NCBI GenBank assembly: GCA_965217895.1
Contig: CBDCJV010000002.1
Location: 2,048,001-2,112,000 of the forward strand
Source of the DNA: Waterburya sp.
Lineage (GTDB): Bacteria > Cyanobacteriota > Cyanobacteriia > Cyanobacteriales > Xenococcaceae
Direction: 5' to 3'
Length of the DNA stretch: 64,000 nucleotides
Shown one piece after another: positions 38,058 to 48,823 of this stretch; positions within the stretch are counted from its first letter, which is position 1; every line of letters begins with the position of its first letter. A program made the position numbers and the translations under genes. The notes under the pieces were generated by a model, which had not been told where the DNA came from, did no database searches, and worked only from the letters and a program-made list of their open reading frames with translations.

Positions 38058-39134
38058 TTAACTGACAGTTATCTTTATCTGACGGCTGTTAATAATTTCT
38101 GTAAACAGTTCGGTAGACAAAGCTTGTTCTACGGGATAAATACCTGGCTGCTTCAGCTTACCCTCTAAGATTAATTGGACTATCGCACCTGTGCCTATTC
38201 CCGCAGCGATCGCGGTATTTTCATGTACCATAGTGGCATAATATGTTTGAGTTTTGCCCTCTTTTTCTCCTGTAATCTCCGCCCGCATTGCCACGCCGAT
38301 ACCGCTAAATCTGTCTGTAATATTAGTCATCAGATAACTGACGCGAGCGAAAAATTCGATTCCCTGGGGACTACTTACCCAAGCTTCAGGAAATATATGC
38401 GCCGTAATCCAGGTTAAATGGTTATACCAGTCAGGAATTGAGCCAAATTTGGTAATTACGGTATCTACACCAAAAGAATCAGCAAAAGTATAGGTTTCTG
38501 GCACATCAAACCAATATACTCCAGTCTTTCCATAGGGCTGAGGAAACTCAACTACTTCTCTGTCGGTATAGGGTAAAGTGTCCTGCCATTTGCCGTTAAT
38601 CCAGGCAGAGAATTTGTTTCTCAAGCCCAAGAAGGTAGTCCGCATCACGGTTAATCCTGCACCCCCCGATCCTCCTACCACATAGCTTAAATGAATCTTC
38701 TGAGGTTGATCGAACTGTTCAACGCCTTGTTTGACCATGCTGTTGGAAATACCAGGAAAAATGCCCGTATTGAGTATCGCTGTGACTCCAGAGGCGATCG
38801 CTCTATCCTGATATTTGATTGCCCGTTCATAAAAAGAGCGGTGATCGCTCACGTCAACGTAATCTATCCCTGCCTCGATACAAGCATCTAAGACTCTACC
38901 ATCTCGATGATGAAAAGGCCCTGCACAGTGAACCACCAAATCTTGAGGAGAGATCGCCTTTTTTAGCTTTTCTAGATCTGCCAAATCTAAAGTCAAGAAT
39001 TGAAAGGGTGAATTAATCTGTTGAGGTTTACGAGAGGTTATAGTAACTTCTGCATCGGTATGATTAGCGATATCTTGAGCAACACTATTACCAATTCTGC
39101 CACTACCTCCAATTACTAAAACTTTTTTGGTCAT
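38058..39134 (-). CDS. Saccharopine dehydrogenase-like oxidoreductase
   Basis: VLVIGGSGRIG, HCAGPF, YVDVSD, GIFPGISN. Confidence 0.85.
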   Translation of the reverse strand: MTKKVLVIGGSGRIGNSVAQDIANHTDAEVTITSRKPQQINSPFQFLTLDLADLEKLKKAISPQDLVVHCAGPFHHRDGRVLDACIEAGIDYVDVSDHRSFYERAIKYQDRAIASGVTAILNTGIFPGISNSMVKQGVEQFDQPQKIHLSYVVGGSGGAGLTVMRTTFLGLRNKFSAWINGKWQDTLPYTDREVVEFPQPYGKTGVYWFDVPETYTFADSFGVDTVITKFGSIPDWYNHLTWITAHIFPEAWVSSPQGIEFFARVSYLMTNITDRFSGIGVAMRAEITGEKEGKTQTYYATMVHENTAIAAGIGTGAIVQLILEGKLKQPGIYPVEQALSTELFTEIINSRQIKITVS

Positions 39135-39226
39135 ACTGCGATCCTCTTTGGTGCGTACAAGTCACGGGTAACACGGGTAACAATTGAGCAACTAATAAAA
39201 TTATATTTATTTTCAAAAATAAAATT

Positions 39227-40087
39227 ATGACCGAGCTTTATTTTTTAACAGTTAATTACAATTCTAGTAGTTTGATAGCTCGTTTGCTTGAATCTTTGCC
39301 CGAACAAGATAATTGTAAATACCAGGTAGTTATTGTTAATAATTCTCCTGAAGATATAGATTTGTTAAAACTAGAGAACCAGCATATAAAAAGAATAGAA
39401 GCAAACTCTAATTTGGGTTTTGGGAAAGCCTGTAATTTAGGTTTAAATTGGATTAATAATCAAAATAATAAAGCCATTGTTTGGTTGATCAATCCTGATG
39501 CCTACTTTAAAGAGGACATTGTTAAAACCATCTTACCTTTTTTCAAAAAATATTCTGAAATCTCTATTTTGGGAACTTTAGTTAACAACTCTATCGGAGA
39601 AATAACTTCTGCTGGTGGAACATTTACCTCTGGTAGTGCTGCTATATCTATTATTAATACATTGCCAAAAGATCTAAGCCAGGACTATATCAAAACTGAT
39701 TGGGTAAGCGGCTGTAGTTTGTTGATTAACTTTAAAAACTTTTCCCAATGTCCTCAATTTTGCGATCGCTATTTTTTATATTACGAAGATTTAGATTTTT
39801 GTCTGCGCTATGGTCAGCAAGGACATCAAATAGCCGTAACTCCTTTAATAGAAGTTATACACGATACATCTTCAATTACTAATCGTGATACATTTCAAAA
39901 ATACAAACACATTACCCATAGCTATTTAATTCACATTGAGAACTATGGTAACTATTCTACTTTTCTAATAACTAATATCCGAATCTTGCTTAACACCTTA
40001 AGATTGCTTGTAATCAAACCTCACCAGGGTTGGGGAAAGCTGACTGGTTTTTATAACTACTGGCGAACAAGAATTAGTAATAATTGA
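39227..40087 (+). CDS. Glycosyltransferase family 2
   Basis: NLGFGKACNLG, INPD, WVSGCS, FLYYEDLD. Confidence 0.9.
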   Translation: MTELYFLTVNYNSSSLIARLLESLPEQDNCKYQVVIVNNSPEDIDLLKLENQHIKRIEANSNLGFGKACNLGLNWINNQNNKAIVWLINPDAYFKEDIVKTILPFFKKYSEISILGTLVNNSIGEITSAGGTFTSGSAAISIINTLPKDLSQDYIKTDWVSGCSLLINFKNFSQCPQFCDRYFLYYEDLDFCLRYGQQGHQIAVTPLIEVIHDTSSITNRDTFQKYKHITHSYLIHIENYGNYSTFLITNIRILLNTLRLLVIKPHQGWGKLTGFYNYWRTRISNN

Positions 40088-40119
40088 TTAATGATTAAGT
40101 AGTGCCAAAGACTATTGAT

Positions 40120-40887
40120 TTACGGTTTTGGGAGCAGTTGTTTAAGATTTTTTTTCTGCTTCTTATAGTAGGATAGTCCCCAAAAACTACCGACTATTAA
40201 TAATCCTAAAGTTGGTGAAAATTCAAAAGGAACGGCAGTGGCACTTAGATTACCAATTCCTACCGCAGAATTATCATATTTTGTAAGAATACCAGCAACG
40301 TCGGGAGCTTCTAGAAGAGTTGCTTGTATAGTATAGCTATCAATTGGTAATCCTCCATCAATTATGAATGAATTATTACGCTTGTAACTATAAGTATTGG
40401 TTAATTGCAAATTAGAATCGAGATCGACATCAACAGTTAATGGATTTGCTCCAGTTCCCACAACAGCTACTACAAAAGTATCTAAGTTTAAACCCAAAAT
40501 GCTTTTTTGATTACCTTGAAATATCCAGTCAAATTCTATGGCTATATCTTTATTTTGATTTTCTTCTGTAATTTCAATTCCCCCAAATATTGCTGTATTT
40601 AGCACATCAATATTTATTAGTGAATTGCCATTATCAGAAATAGCCTTATCCTCTTTTGCTCCCAAAAGCACAAAAGGGCTATCAAAAAAATCATCTGTAG
40701 AATTATTGTAATTTCCAAAACCGTCAGGTGTATTTGTCTGATTTATGTTACTACTGGCAGGAACATTATTATATACCTCTCCTATACTGCTATCAAAAGT
40801 AATTTCAAATGCGTCAGCAGGTAGAGGAATAGTCAATGATAATAAGCAAAATATTGTCCAATAATTTTTGTTTTTTATTATCTTCAT
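40120..40887 (-). CDS. Exported protein with PEP-CTERM-like (PFE variant) sorting signal
   Basis: Signal peptide; C-terminal VPFEFSPTLGLL, TM helix, KKQKK. Confidence 0.8.
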   Translation of the reverse strand: MKIIKNKNYWTIFCLLSLTIPLPADAFEITFDSSIGEVYNNVPASSNINQTNTPDGFGNYNNSTDDFFDSPFVLLGAKEDKAISDNGNSLINIDVLNTAIFGGIEITEENQNKDIAIEFDWIFQGNQKSILGLNLDTFVVAVVGTGANPLTVDVDLDSNLQLTNTYSYKRNNSFIIDGGLPIDSYTIQATLLEAPDVAGILTKYDNSAVGIGNLSATAVPFEFSPTLGLLIVGSFWGLSYYKKQKKNLKQLLPKP

Positions 40888-41019
40888 ATAACTAGTATCT
40901 TGATAGTTATTTTTATAACAATGATAAAAATAATATTTAATAAATATAACCGTGTAAATAACTAAGTGGTGAAGTCTATAAATTTAGTACTTGATTGCAT
41001 TTAAAATTAGCAATTTTTA

Positions 41020-41058
41020 ATGTAATCTATTTTACATTCAATGTAAAATAGATTACAT
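41020..41058. promoter_or_regulatory. Perfect 19-bp inverted repeat; each arm matches the NtcA consensus
   Basis: ATGTAATCTATTTTACATT-C-AATGTAAAATAGATTACAT; TGTA-N8-TACA twice. Confidence 0.45.
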
Positions 41059-41147
41059 ATTTGTTATTGGAGACAAAAAATATTAATTTGTTTTGTATAT
41101 TTATTTTGATTTGACTAACAGCAAACATTAAGTTTACTGATTACTGA

Positions 41148-41945
41148 TTACCTAAAAAACTTTTGTTCGTAAAGATGCTTAACTATCGTTGCATCGGTAA
41201 GATTATATTGCAGAGGCGTAATGGTAATATAGCGATCGCGAATTGCCTGAACATCTGTCAAAATATGAGGCGGTAAATTAATATCTTCTGGCTGTTCAAT
41301 ATCTTCAATAATTTCTCCTTCTAGCCAATAATAGCTTTTGCCACGAGGATCTAGTCTTTTGGCAAACTTTTCAATGTAGCGACGTAAACCCTGACGGGTA
41401 ACTAATACCCCCGTTATTTCTGAGGTTGGCACAGGAGGAATATTAACGCTTAATAATGGTGGTTTAGGATAATCTTGAGCTGCCATCTGCTGCACCAGCT
41501 TAAGGGCAAAATCTGCTGCGGGTTGAAACTCTAAAGTAGAAAAGCTTGCCAAACTAAAAGCAACGCTAGGGATACCTTCTAATACTCCTTCCATTGCTGC
41601 TGATACCGTACCAGAATATAAAACGTCTGTACCCAAATTAGGACCATGATTAATTCCCGAATAAACAACATCTGGTCGAGTTTTGAGAACGGCACTAAGG
41701 GCAAACTTAACGCAGTCAGCAGGAGTTCCCGAACAAGACCAAGCAATCACGTTATCATCAAAGACAGAATCAACTTCTTTAGCCCTAATTGGTTGATGAA
41801 GAGTTAACCCATGTCCAGTAGCCGAACGTTCGCGATCTGGACAGACAACCGTTACCTGATGACCAGCCTGTGCCAATGTATTAGCTAAAGTACGCACACC
41901 TAAAGCAAAAATACCATCATCGTTACTAATTAAGATATTGCTCAT
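41148..41945 (-). CDS. surE: 5'/3'-nucleotidase SurE
   Basis: [34 protein letters not shown]. Confidence 0.95.
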   Translation of the reverse strand: MSNILISNDDGIFALGVRTLANTLAQAGHQVTVVCPDRERSATGHGLTLHQPIRAKEVDSVFDDNVIAWSCSGTPADCVKFALSAVLKTRPDVVYSGINHGPNLGTDVLYSGTVSAAMEGVLEGIPSVAFSLASFSTLEFQPAADFALKLVQQMAAQDYPKPPLLSVNIPPVPTSEITGVLVTRQGLRRYIEKFAKRLDPRGKSYYWLEGEIIEDIEQPEDINLPPHILTDVQAIRDRYITITPLQYNLTDATIVKHLYEQKFFR

Positions 41946-42050
41946 CGATCAGTTATTGGGTTGAAGTTGGTTATTACTACAAACCAAACCATAGCAAAAA
42001 ATAGCTTTTAAAATGATATTATGCCCTAATCTAACTTTGCACGGCTATGA

Positions 42051-43316
42051 GTGATGGTTGAACTGTACTTAGGCATCGATTTTGGTACTTCAGGTGCTAG
42101 AGCAATAGTTATTGATCGAGAAACAAACATTTTTGCCAGCACTAGTGCCAAATTTACTAATATTGCAGCTACCAAATTAGCTCAGACTTGGCAAGCAGCA
42201 TTAGATAACTTGATTTTGCAGCTACCAGTTGAGATTAGAAAACAGTTAAAGGCGATCGCAATTAACGGAACTTCTTCTACAGTCTTACTAGGCGATGCTA
42301 CAGGTAAACCTATTACTGCGCCACTGCTATATAACGACTCAAAAGGTAAAGAAGTACTAGCAGAAATTAAAGCTATTGCTCCAAAAGATCATGTAGTAAT
42401 CAGTGCGACTTCCAGTTTAGCAAAACTACTCTGGTGGCAACAGCAGCCTTATTTCACCCAAGCTCGCTATTTACTGCATCAGGCTGACTGGTTAGCTTAC
42501 TTATTACATGGCAAACTAGGCGTTAGCGATTATCATAATGCCCTCAAGCTTGGTTACGATGTAGACAATTTTAATTATCCTGACTGGCTACAAAATTTGC
42601 CCTTTAGTAACTTGTATCCTCAAGTACTTGCTCCTGGCGCGCCTGTAGGGGAAATAACGTCAGAAAATGGCGATCGCTTTGATATTGCTCCTAATTGCGT
42701 TATATGTACAGGTACTACCGACAGCATTGCAGCTTTTCTTGCCAGTGGTGCTAGTCAGCCAGGCGAAGCGGTTACTTCCCTTGGTTCAACCTTAGTTTTA
42801 AAATTGTTGAGTAAAACCAAAGTCACCGCGTCTAAATATGGCATTTATAGTCATCGCTTAGGGCAATTATGGCTGACTGGCGGTGCTTCTAATACAGGTG
42901 GTGCTGTTTTAAAGCATTTTTTCTCTGAGCAACAGTTAGAAGATTTATCAAAGCAAATAAATCCTGATATTATAAGTCCTCTAGAATACTATCCTTTATT
43001 AAAGCCAGGCGATCGCTTTCCCGTTAATAATCCTAATTTACCACCTCAGCTAACACCTCGCCCGACAAACTCCGTCGAGTTTTTACATGGCTTACTAGAA
43101 AGTATGTCCCGTATTGAACAGTTAGGTTATCAAAAGTTACAAGAATTAGGTGCTAGTCAGTTAACTCATATTTATACCGCAGGTGGAGGCGCGGAAAATG
43201 CAGTATGGCGTAAAATTCGTCAACGACACTTAAAAGTACCAGTCAGCAAAGCTACTAACACTCAAGCAGCCTATGGCACAGCTTTGTTAGCTGCGAGGAA
43301 ATCTATTTTATTATAA
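42051..43316 (+). CDS. FGGY-family carbohydrate kinase
   Basis: LGIDFGTSGAR, GTTDSIAA, TAGGGA. Confidence 0.9.
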   Translation: MMVELYLGIDFGTSGARAIVIDRETNIFASTSAKFTNIAATKLAQTWQAALDNLILQLPVEIRKQLKAIAINGTSSTVLLGDATGKPITAPLLYNDSKGKEVLAEIKAIAPKDHVVISATSSLAKLLWWQQQPYFTQARYLLHQADWLAYLLHGKLGVSDYHNALKLGYDVDNFNYPDWLQNLPFSNLYPQVLAPGAPVGEITSENGDRFDIAPNCVICTGTTDSIAAFLASGASQPGEAVTSLGSTLVLKLLSKTKVTASKYGIYSHRLGQLWLTGGASNTGGAVLKHFFSEQQLEDLSKQINPDIISPLEYYPLLKPGDRFPVNNPNLPPQLTPRPTNSVEFLHGLLESMSRIEQLGYQKLQELGASQLTHIYTAGGGAENAVWRKIRQRHLKVPVSKATNTQAAYGTALLAARKSILL

Positions 43317-43536
43317 AAGGATGCAAGCGTCCGACACGAGGGCATCCCTAGAAAAGCCACGCGAACTTGGGAATGCTGACTTAGCAAAGGAATGCTCACC
43401 AAGACGCTTCGTTCAGATTCATTGGTTTCTAGCTCTTCGCTACTAGATGCTTTAACTGATTTTAATAATAAGTTTACAAAAAAGAAGCCGATATTTTTAA
43501 TGGTAACTACTACCTGATGCAACCGACTCTTCTTAT

Positions 43537-44277
43537 CTACGCTGTAACTTGATCTTCAGGAACAAGCATTTGCTCCGCGCTAGGCAACTCTAAGCAATAT
43601 CCTGCACCATAAACAGTTTTGATATAGCTAGGATGACGAGGATCTGGTTCTAGCTTAGTCCGTAGGTGGCGAATATGAACCCTAATAGTTTCAATATCGT
43701 CATCAGGATCGTAACCCCAAACTTCCTTCAAGATCTCTGGAGGCGCGACAGTTTGTCCGTGACGCTGCAATAGACAATGGAGTAATTCAAACTCTAAATG
43801 AGTTAGTTTAACAGTTTTCTCAAACCAAATTGCTTCAAAACGTTCGGGAATTAAGGTCAAAGGTCCAAAGTTAAGAATTTCTGAGTGCTTGGCTGCCTGG
43901 GGTATGCGGTCTGTACGACGTAACAAAGCCCTTACCCTGGCTAGCATTTCTTCTACTTCAAAGGGTTTGGTTAAGTAGTCATCTGCGCCTGCATTAAAGC
44001 CTTCTACCTTATCTTGGGTTTGCCCCAAAGCACTCAACATTAAAACTGGAATGTCAGAGGTGCGATTATCTCGGCGTAATCTTTGACAGACGGTAAAGCC
44101 ATCGACTTTTGGCAACATCAGATCGAGCATTACTAAATCTGGCTGAAGCTGCACAGCTAAAGCTTGACCCTTGATTCCGTCTTCTGCTTGGTTGACATCA
44201 TAGCCAGCCATCTCCAAGTTGATAGAGACTAATTCAGAGATTGCGGGGTCATCGTCAATTACAAGTATTCTGGGCAT
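43537..44277 (-). CDS. rpaA: OmpR-family response regulator RpaA
   Basis: [55 protein letters not shown]. Confidence 0.95.
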   Translation of the reverse strand: MPRILVIDDDPAISELVSINLEMAGYDVNQAEDGIKGQALAVQLQPDLVMLDLMLPKVDGFTVCQRLRRDNRTSDIPVLMLSALGQTQDKVEGFNAGADDYLTKPFEVEEMLARVRALLRRTDRIPQAAKHSEILNFGPLTLIPERFEAIWFEKTVKLTHLEFELLHCLLQRHGQTVAPPEILKEVWGYDPDDDIETIRVHIRHLRTKLEPDPRHPSYIKTVYGAGYCLELPSAEQMLVPEDQVTA

Positions 44278-44533
44278 ATCAAATATCTGGTAAATATTAT
44301 TTTTTGGTAACAGGGCAATAAGCCCAAAGGCATTGCATCGCCACGCTTAACTTTTTATTAAACACAATTGTTAAGGAATATGTAACAAACCTTATCATGA
44401 TTATAAGCAAAAATGCTTATTGTGTTAATTTCGCTTATTTTACATTAAACATTTATAAAGTTTAATTTCTGATATGAGCGTACTTTTATGGCTATTGACT
44501 TATATAAATTAAAGATTATCTTTGACGAGGATA

Positions 44534-45091
44534 CTAATTGTTAAATTGCAAAATATAGTCTGTTGATACATTATTAACCAACCATACACCGTTTTCAGAA
44601 CAGTAGAATTGAAACCCTTCTAAAACCATTCTCTCTGCATCTATTTCTAAGACAATTGGTTTTCCTCTTCTAGCACCAACTTTTTGCGCCGTCGGCCAAT
44701 CTGATGATAGGTGAACATGATGGCGCGACATTTTTCTCAAACCCTGTTGCAAAATTGATTGCAGTGCTGCTTCATAAGTACCGTGATATAAAACTGATGG
44801 TGGAGTTGATGGCTGTAGCTCTAAATCTACAACAACGCTGTGTCCTTGATTGGCTCGAATTAATTTGTCAGTCCGATCAAAAGAGAAACGCTGCTTATCG
44901 CTTTGAGCAACTACAGTTTTTAATTCAGCCAAGCTGAGAGTAAATTTATTTTTCTCTGCTGCTGCCAATAAACTATCAACCTCAACCCAACCACCAGGAG
45001 AAAGTTCTAAGCCGAGTAGATCAGGACGATGACGCAAATGATAGCTCAGAAATTTACTAATTTTAAGCAGACGACTAGAAGATATGTTCAC
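44534..45091 (-). CDS. kptA: RNA 2'-phosphotransferase (Tpt1/KptA)
   Basis: SKFLSYHLRH, DKQRF, IRANQGHS, LYHGT, HVHLS. Confidence 0.92.
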   Translation of the reverse strand: MNISSSRLLKISKFLSYHLRHRPDLLGLELSPGGWVEVDSLLAAAEKNKFTLSLAELKTVVAQSDKQRFSFDRTDKLIRANQGHSVVVDLELQPSTPPSVLYHGTYEAALQSILQQGLRKMSRHHVHLSSDWPTAQKVGARRGKPIVLEIDAERMVLEGFQFYCSENGVWLVNNVSTDYILQFNN

Positions 45092-45365
45092 AACTTTAAG
45101 CTTCCGTAAGTCTCAGAAATTAAATAGTGTAACGCTAGAAAAGGAAAAAGCTAGGTAATACACAAGCGTGACAACTATGTATCTCAATCTTTAGAAGCAG
45201 CTTCTGGGTGACAGGAAAGATTTTAAATATTATCTTGGATGTAAGAATTCTTAATAACAATTCTCATTAATTCAGTTTAATCTAAAAAATTAGGCAGTAT
45301 TATTAGATCTTTTGTAAAAAATATAGATCGAATAAGTTAATCATAAAAAAGCGGGAAATTTTAGT

Positions 45366-46082
45366 ATGAGCGTAAATTTAGCCACTATGTTACGTGAAGG
45401 GACGAAAAAGTCTCACACAATGGCAGAGAATGTTGGTTTTGTTAAATGTTTTCTTAAAGGAGTAGTCGAGAAAAAGTCTTATCGGAAGCTAGTCACTAGT
45501 CTTTACTTTGTCTATTCGGCAATGGAAGAGGAAATGGAGAATTTGAAAGATCATCCTGTAGTTTCTAAAATTTATTTTCCTGAACTTAATCGTAAAGAGA
45601 GTTTAGAACAGGATTTGCATTTTTACTACGGTGCAAACTGGCGCGAAGAAGCTAAAAATTCTCAAGCAGGAAAAGCTTATGTAGCTCGCATTAGAGAAAT
45701 AGCAAAATCTCAGCCAGAATTGTTAGTGGCTCACTGCTACACGCGCTACCTAGGAGATCTTTCTGGAGGACAAATCCTCAAGAAAATTTCTCAAAGAGCG
45801 ATGAATTTAACTGATGGCGAAGGAACAGCTTTTTATGAGTTTGAAGACATTGCCGACGAAAAAGCATTTAAAGACAAATACCGTCAAGCAATGAACGAAT
45901 TGCCTATTGACCAGGCTACTGCCGAAAAGATAGTTGATGAAGCTAATGATGCTTTTGCCATGAACATGGAGTTGTTCCAAGAGCTTGAAGGTAACTTAAT
46001 CAAAGCAGTTGGGGTTATGTTATTTAACACTTTAACTCGTCGTCGCGTTCGCGGTAGTACAGAGCTTGCCACTGCTGAATAA
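45366..46082 (+). CDS. ho1: Heme oxygenase (biliverdin-producing)
   Basis: LREGTKKSHTMAEN, YTRYLGDLSGGQIL. Confidence 0.95.
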   Translation: MSVNLATMLREGTKKSHTMAENVGFVKCFLKGVVEKKSYRKLVTSLYFVYSAMEEEMENLKDHPVVSKIYFPELNRKESLEQDLHFYYGANWREEAKNSQAGKAYVARIREIAKSQPELLVAHCYTRYLGDLSGGQILKKISQRAMNLTDGEGTAFYEFEDIADEKAFKDKYRQAMNELPIDQATAEKIVDEANDAFAMNMELFQELEGNLIKAVGVMLFNTLTRRRVRGSTELATAE

Positions 46083-46243
46083 TCAATGTAAGCTTTTGAG
46101 CTTGATAATTCAAAAAAATTAATATCACCAAGAACAACCTCAAAAGCTGGGTTGCGGTTATTAGACTTAAATTCTAAGGCGATCGCTTTCTAGCTCTTGA
46201 GGTTGTTTGGTGTTTTAAAAGATTACAGAAAAATTATCTGTTG

Positions 46244-46477
46244 TTATGCTTTGGGAAGGTTTTGGCTAGCGTAAGTGTCTAAAGCAAAGGCGGGAATGCG
46301 ATCACTATAATCTGTACTTTTGCCAGTAAAAGTTCTAGCCAATTGCTCAAAAGATTCTGATTTGAGGTTGCGCTCATGAATTGGCTTAGTTTGTTCCCCC
46401 AGATAATAAGCCTGTGTACCAATAACTGCTGCTGCTACCCAACCCATAAAAAATACGCCGATTAATAAAGCGATCAT
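46244..46477 (-). CDS. Small single-helix membrane protein, Psb35-like
   Basis: GWVAAAVIGTQAY..GEQTKPIHERN; family assignment is from memory. Confidence 0.6.
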   Translation of the reverse strand: MIALLIGVFFMGWVAAAVIGTQAYYLGEQTKPIHERNLKSESFEQLARTFTGKSTDYSDRIPAFALDTYASQNLPKA

Positions 46478-46520
46478 AATAAACCTCTGCTACTTTTACT
46501 ATGTAAATTTTTATGTTGTT

Positions 46521-46538
46521 TATGTAAATAAATGTAAC
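46521..46538 (-). promoter_or_regulatory. HLR1 (RpaB-binding) site upstream of the Psb35-like gene
   Basis: Minus strand GTTACATT-TA-TTTACATA, exact HLR1 match; extra half-site at 46500-46507. Confidence 0.65.
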
Positions 46539-46642
46539 AGAATTTTGTTTATATTCGCAATATATGACTTTACGGCTTTACTCATTATCTGGCGAAAAAA
46601 CCGAACTTACGAAGCGAAATTATGCCGTAAAAAATTGCCAAA

Positions 46643-47392
46643 TCAGCTAATTTTTTTGCCGAAACGGCGATCGCGCTTTTGATATGATTGTAAAGCCCGA
46701 TCGAACTGCTGATGATTAAAATCGGGCCAAAGTGTATCAGTGACGTAAATTTCTGTATAGGCTAGCTGCCACAGCAAGAAATTACTCAAGCGCATTTCTC
46801 CACTGGTGCGAATTAGCAGATCGGGATCGGCACTGGCAGAAGTATAAAGGTGCTGAGCGATCGTCTCTTCGTTAATCGAATCTGGAGATAGTTCTCCTTG
46901 CTGCACCTTCTCGGCAATTGTGCGACAGGCTTTTACCATTTCATGACGACTACCATAGTTAATTGCTACGTTAAAAAACACTCCTTGATTATTCTTAGTC
47001 CGCTCCATCGAATGACGCATTTCCTGCTGCAAAGATGTGGGCAAAGGCGATAAATCACCAATAAAGTTGATACATACCTCTTCGGCTTCCATTTCTTTTA
47101 ATTCTTTCTGTAACAGCCTTTCAAATAATGCCATCAAAAAATTAACTTCAACCGTCGGGCGACCCCAATTTTCAGTCGAAAAGGCATAGGCGGTTAGAGT
47201 TTTAATACCCAAATCTTTGCAATAGCGCAGCATTTCCTTGAGAGTTTTTGCCCCTTGCCGATGTCCTTCAATGCGGGGTAGACCTTTTTGTTTTGCCCAG
47301 CGACCATTGCCATCCATAATTACAGCTACGTGGTGAGGCAATTTTGCTAAATTCAGTTCGGTGGATAAAGTGGTTAATAGTTGGGCTGTCAT
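46643..47392 (-). CDS. uppS: cis-Prenyltransferase (UppS family)
   Basis: [36 protein letters not shown]. Confidence 0.92.
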   Translation of the reverse strand: MTAQLLTTLSTELNLAKLPHHVAVIMDGNGRWAKQKGLPRIEGHRQGAKTLKEMLRYCKDLGIKTLTAYAFSTENWGRPTVEVNFLMALFERLLQKELKEMEAEEVCINFIGDLSPLPTSLQQEMRHSMERTKNNQGVFFNVAINYGSRHEMVKACRTIAEKVQQGELSPDSINEETIAQHLYTSASADPDLLIRTSGEMRLSNFLLWQLAYTEIYVTDTLWPDFNHQQFDRALQSYQKRDRRFGKKIS

Positions 47393-47443
47393 GGGAATTA
47401 TCTTAAATTAAGGACGTTAAATTAAAAATTTTAGTATTACTGC

Positions 47444-48493
47444 TTAGAAAATGCTGATTTCAAGGCAATCATCCTCAAAGCTATTATTCCCAAAAAATTC
47501 TGGGGTTGCACAGCATGATTGTAAATATTCTGGTGTCAATTGGCTACTCCAGTGCCACATAGGTTTTAATACCCAAATAAAAGTGTAAATTAATTCGCCT
47601 CTAGATAAGATTGACCAAGACTGCCAATCTAAAACTGACATCATACGTTGGAAGGTTGATTTCAACAACTCGATTGGGTCTGGCGAGGTTTCCTCGCCAC
47701 CCCTCTCGTTCAAATTTGACTGAGATTGTAAACTTACTTCACAGGATATAGGCAAGATGGTATGAATTTGGCTAAGAAGATACTGAATTAGGTGTTTTGT
47801 ACCATGAGGATATAACCACATTCCCATCCCCCAAAACTTAACTAGATGATTAACTTCATCCTTTAATAATTCTGCTAATATCTGTTGAATTGTGCCTGTA
47901 GTATGGGACATCAGCCACAAATATAAACAAGCTGCGCTGTATTCTGTAGCTACGCGGTGTAATCCGTGTTTGTAGAGGTCTTGATAAGGATTTTCCCAGG
48001 CTTGATAGCTTTTTGCCGTTCGGAGTTGGGGAATAATTTTTTGATTGGTAAGCTGCTGATAAATTTTAGCTAGGGCTGGAGTGTGTCGTCGCTCTTCTTT
48101 TTCCCATAAGCCCAATTCAATTATTTTGCCATTTTCGCCTACTTCCCCACCGACAAATTTTGCCATAGAAGGATGAATAGGTTCAAGATATTGTCTACTG
48201 GTTTGGGTGTAGTCTCTGATTGGTGCTTCTGTGTCTAACGCACCTTTTATAATCGACAAAAAAATATCTAGTTCAAGACCAACGACTTGTTCTGGATTTA
48301 TATCCTGCCAATTTATAGTAGCCCATTGTCGAGGTTGGGGATTCTTAAACTGTTGGGGTAAATCTTCTAGGCGATCGCCCAATTCTTCCAAACTTAAATA
48401 TTGATCAATTAAATAATTAATTCTGGCTTTGGTTTGAAAAAAGTTGGGGCGAAAACAAACTTCTCCCGCTAAATCTCTGGCTGGTTGGTACAT
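47444..48493 (-). CDS. Ferritin-like (diiron) domain protein
   Basis: EERRH and DEVNH ExxH motifs, each with an upstream Glu (TEAP, TEYS). Confidence 0.75.
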   Translation of the reverse strand: MYQPARDLAGEVCFRPNFFQTKARINYLIDQYLSLEELGDRLEDLPQQFKNPQPRQWATINWQDINPEQVVGLELDIFLSIIKGALDTEAPIRDYTQTSRQYLEPIHPSMAKFVGGEVGENGKIIELGLWEKEERRHTPALAKIYQQLTNQKIIPQLRTAKSYQAWENPYQDLYKHGLHRVATEYSAACLYLWLMSHTTGTIQQILAELLKDEVNHLVKFWGMGMWLYPHGTKHLIQYLLSQIHTILPISCEVSLQSQSNLNERGGEETSPDPIELLKSTFQRMMSVLDWQSWSILSRGELIYTFIWVLKPMWHWSSQLTPEYLQSCCATPEFFGNNSFEDDCLEISIF

Positions 48494-48604
48494 ATTACTC
48501 CCAAAAACTGTGTTTTATTTGTATGACTTACAGCTTATGTAAATTCCCGTAGTTTGTCTGTCGGGGAAAGTAGGGAGTTTTTGTCTTAGATTAAGTCGGA
48601 AAAA

Positions 48605-48822
48605 GTAGGGGCGTGTCTTGGTCAGCATTCCCAAGTCCATGTCGCCTGGGGAGACCCCAGGCGTTTATACTGGACGTTTGCGCCTTCGAACCCTTTAGGG
48701 GGTCTGACCGCTTCGCAAAACAGTCAGGTAGGGTGGGCAAGCTCAAAATGAAGTGTGTCAATTTATATCAAAACTAAGTTTGCCCACCTTACAAGTAAGG
48801 GCGAACGGTCGTTTTCCCCTAT
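48605..48822. repeat. Cluster of REP-like and modular repeats
   Basis: GTAGGGGCG interrupted by the GTCTTGGTCAGC..GGTCTGACCG unit; GTAGGGTGGGCA..TGCCCACCTTAC; GTAAGGGCGAACGGTCGTT. Confidence 0.65.
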
Positions 48823-48823
48823 A

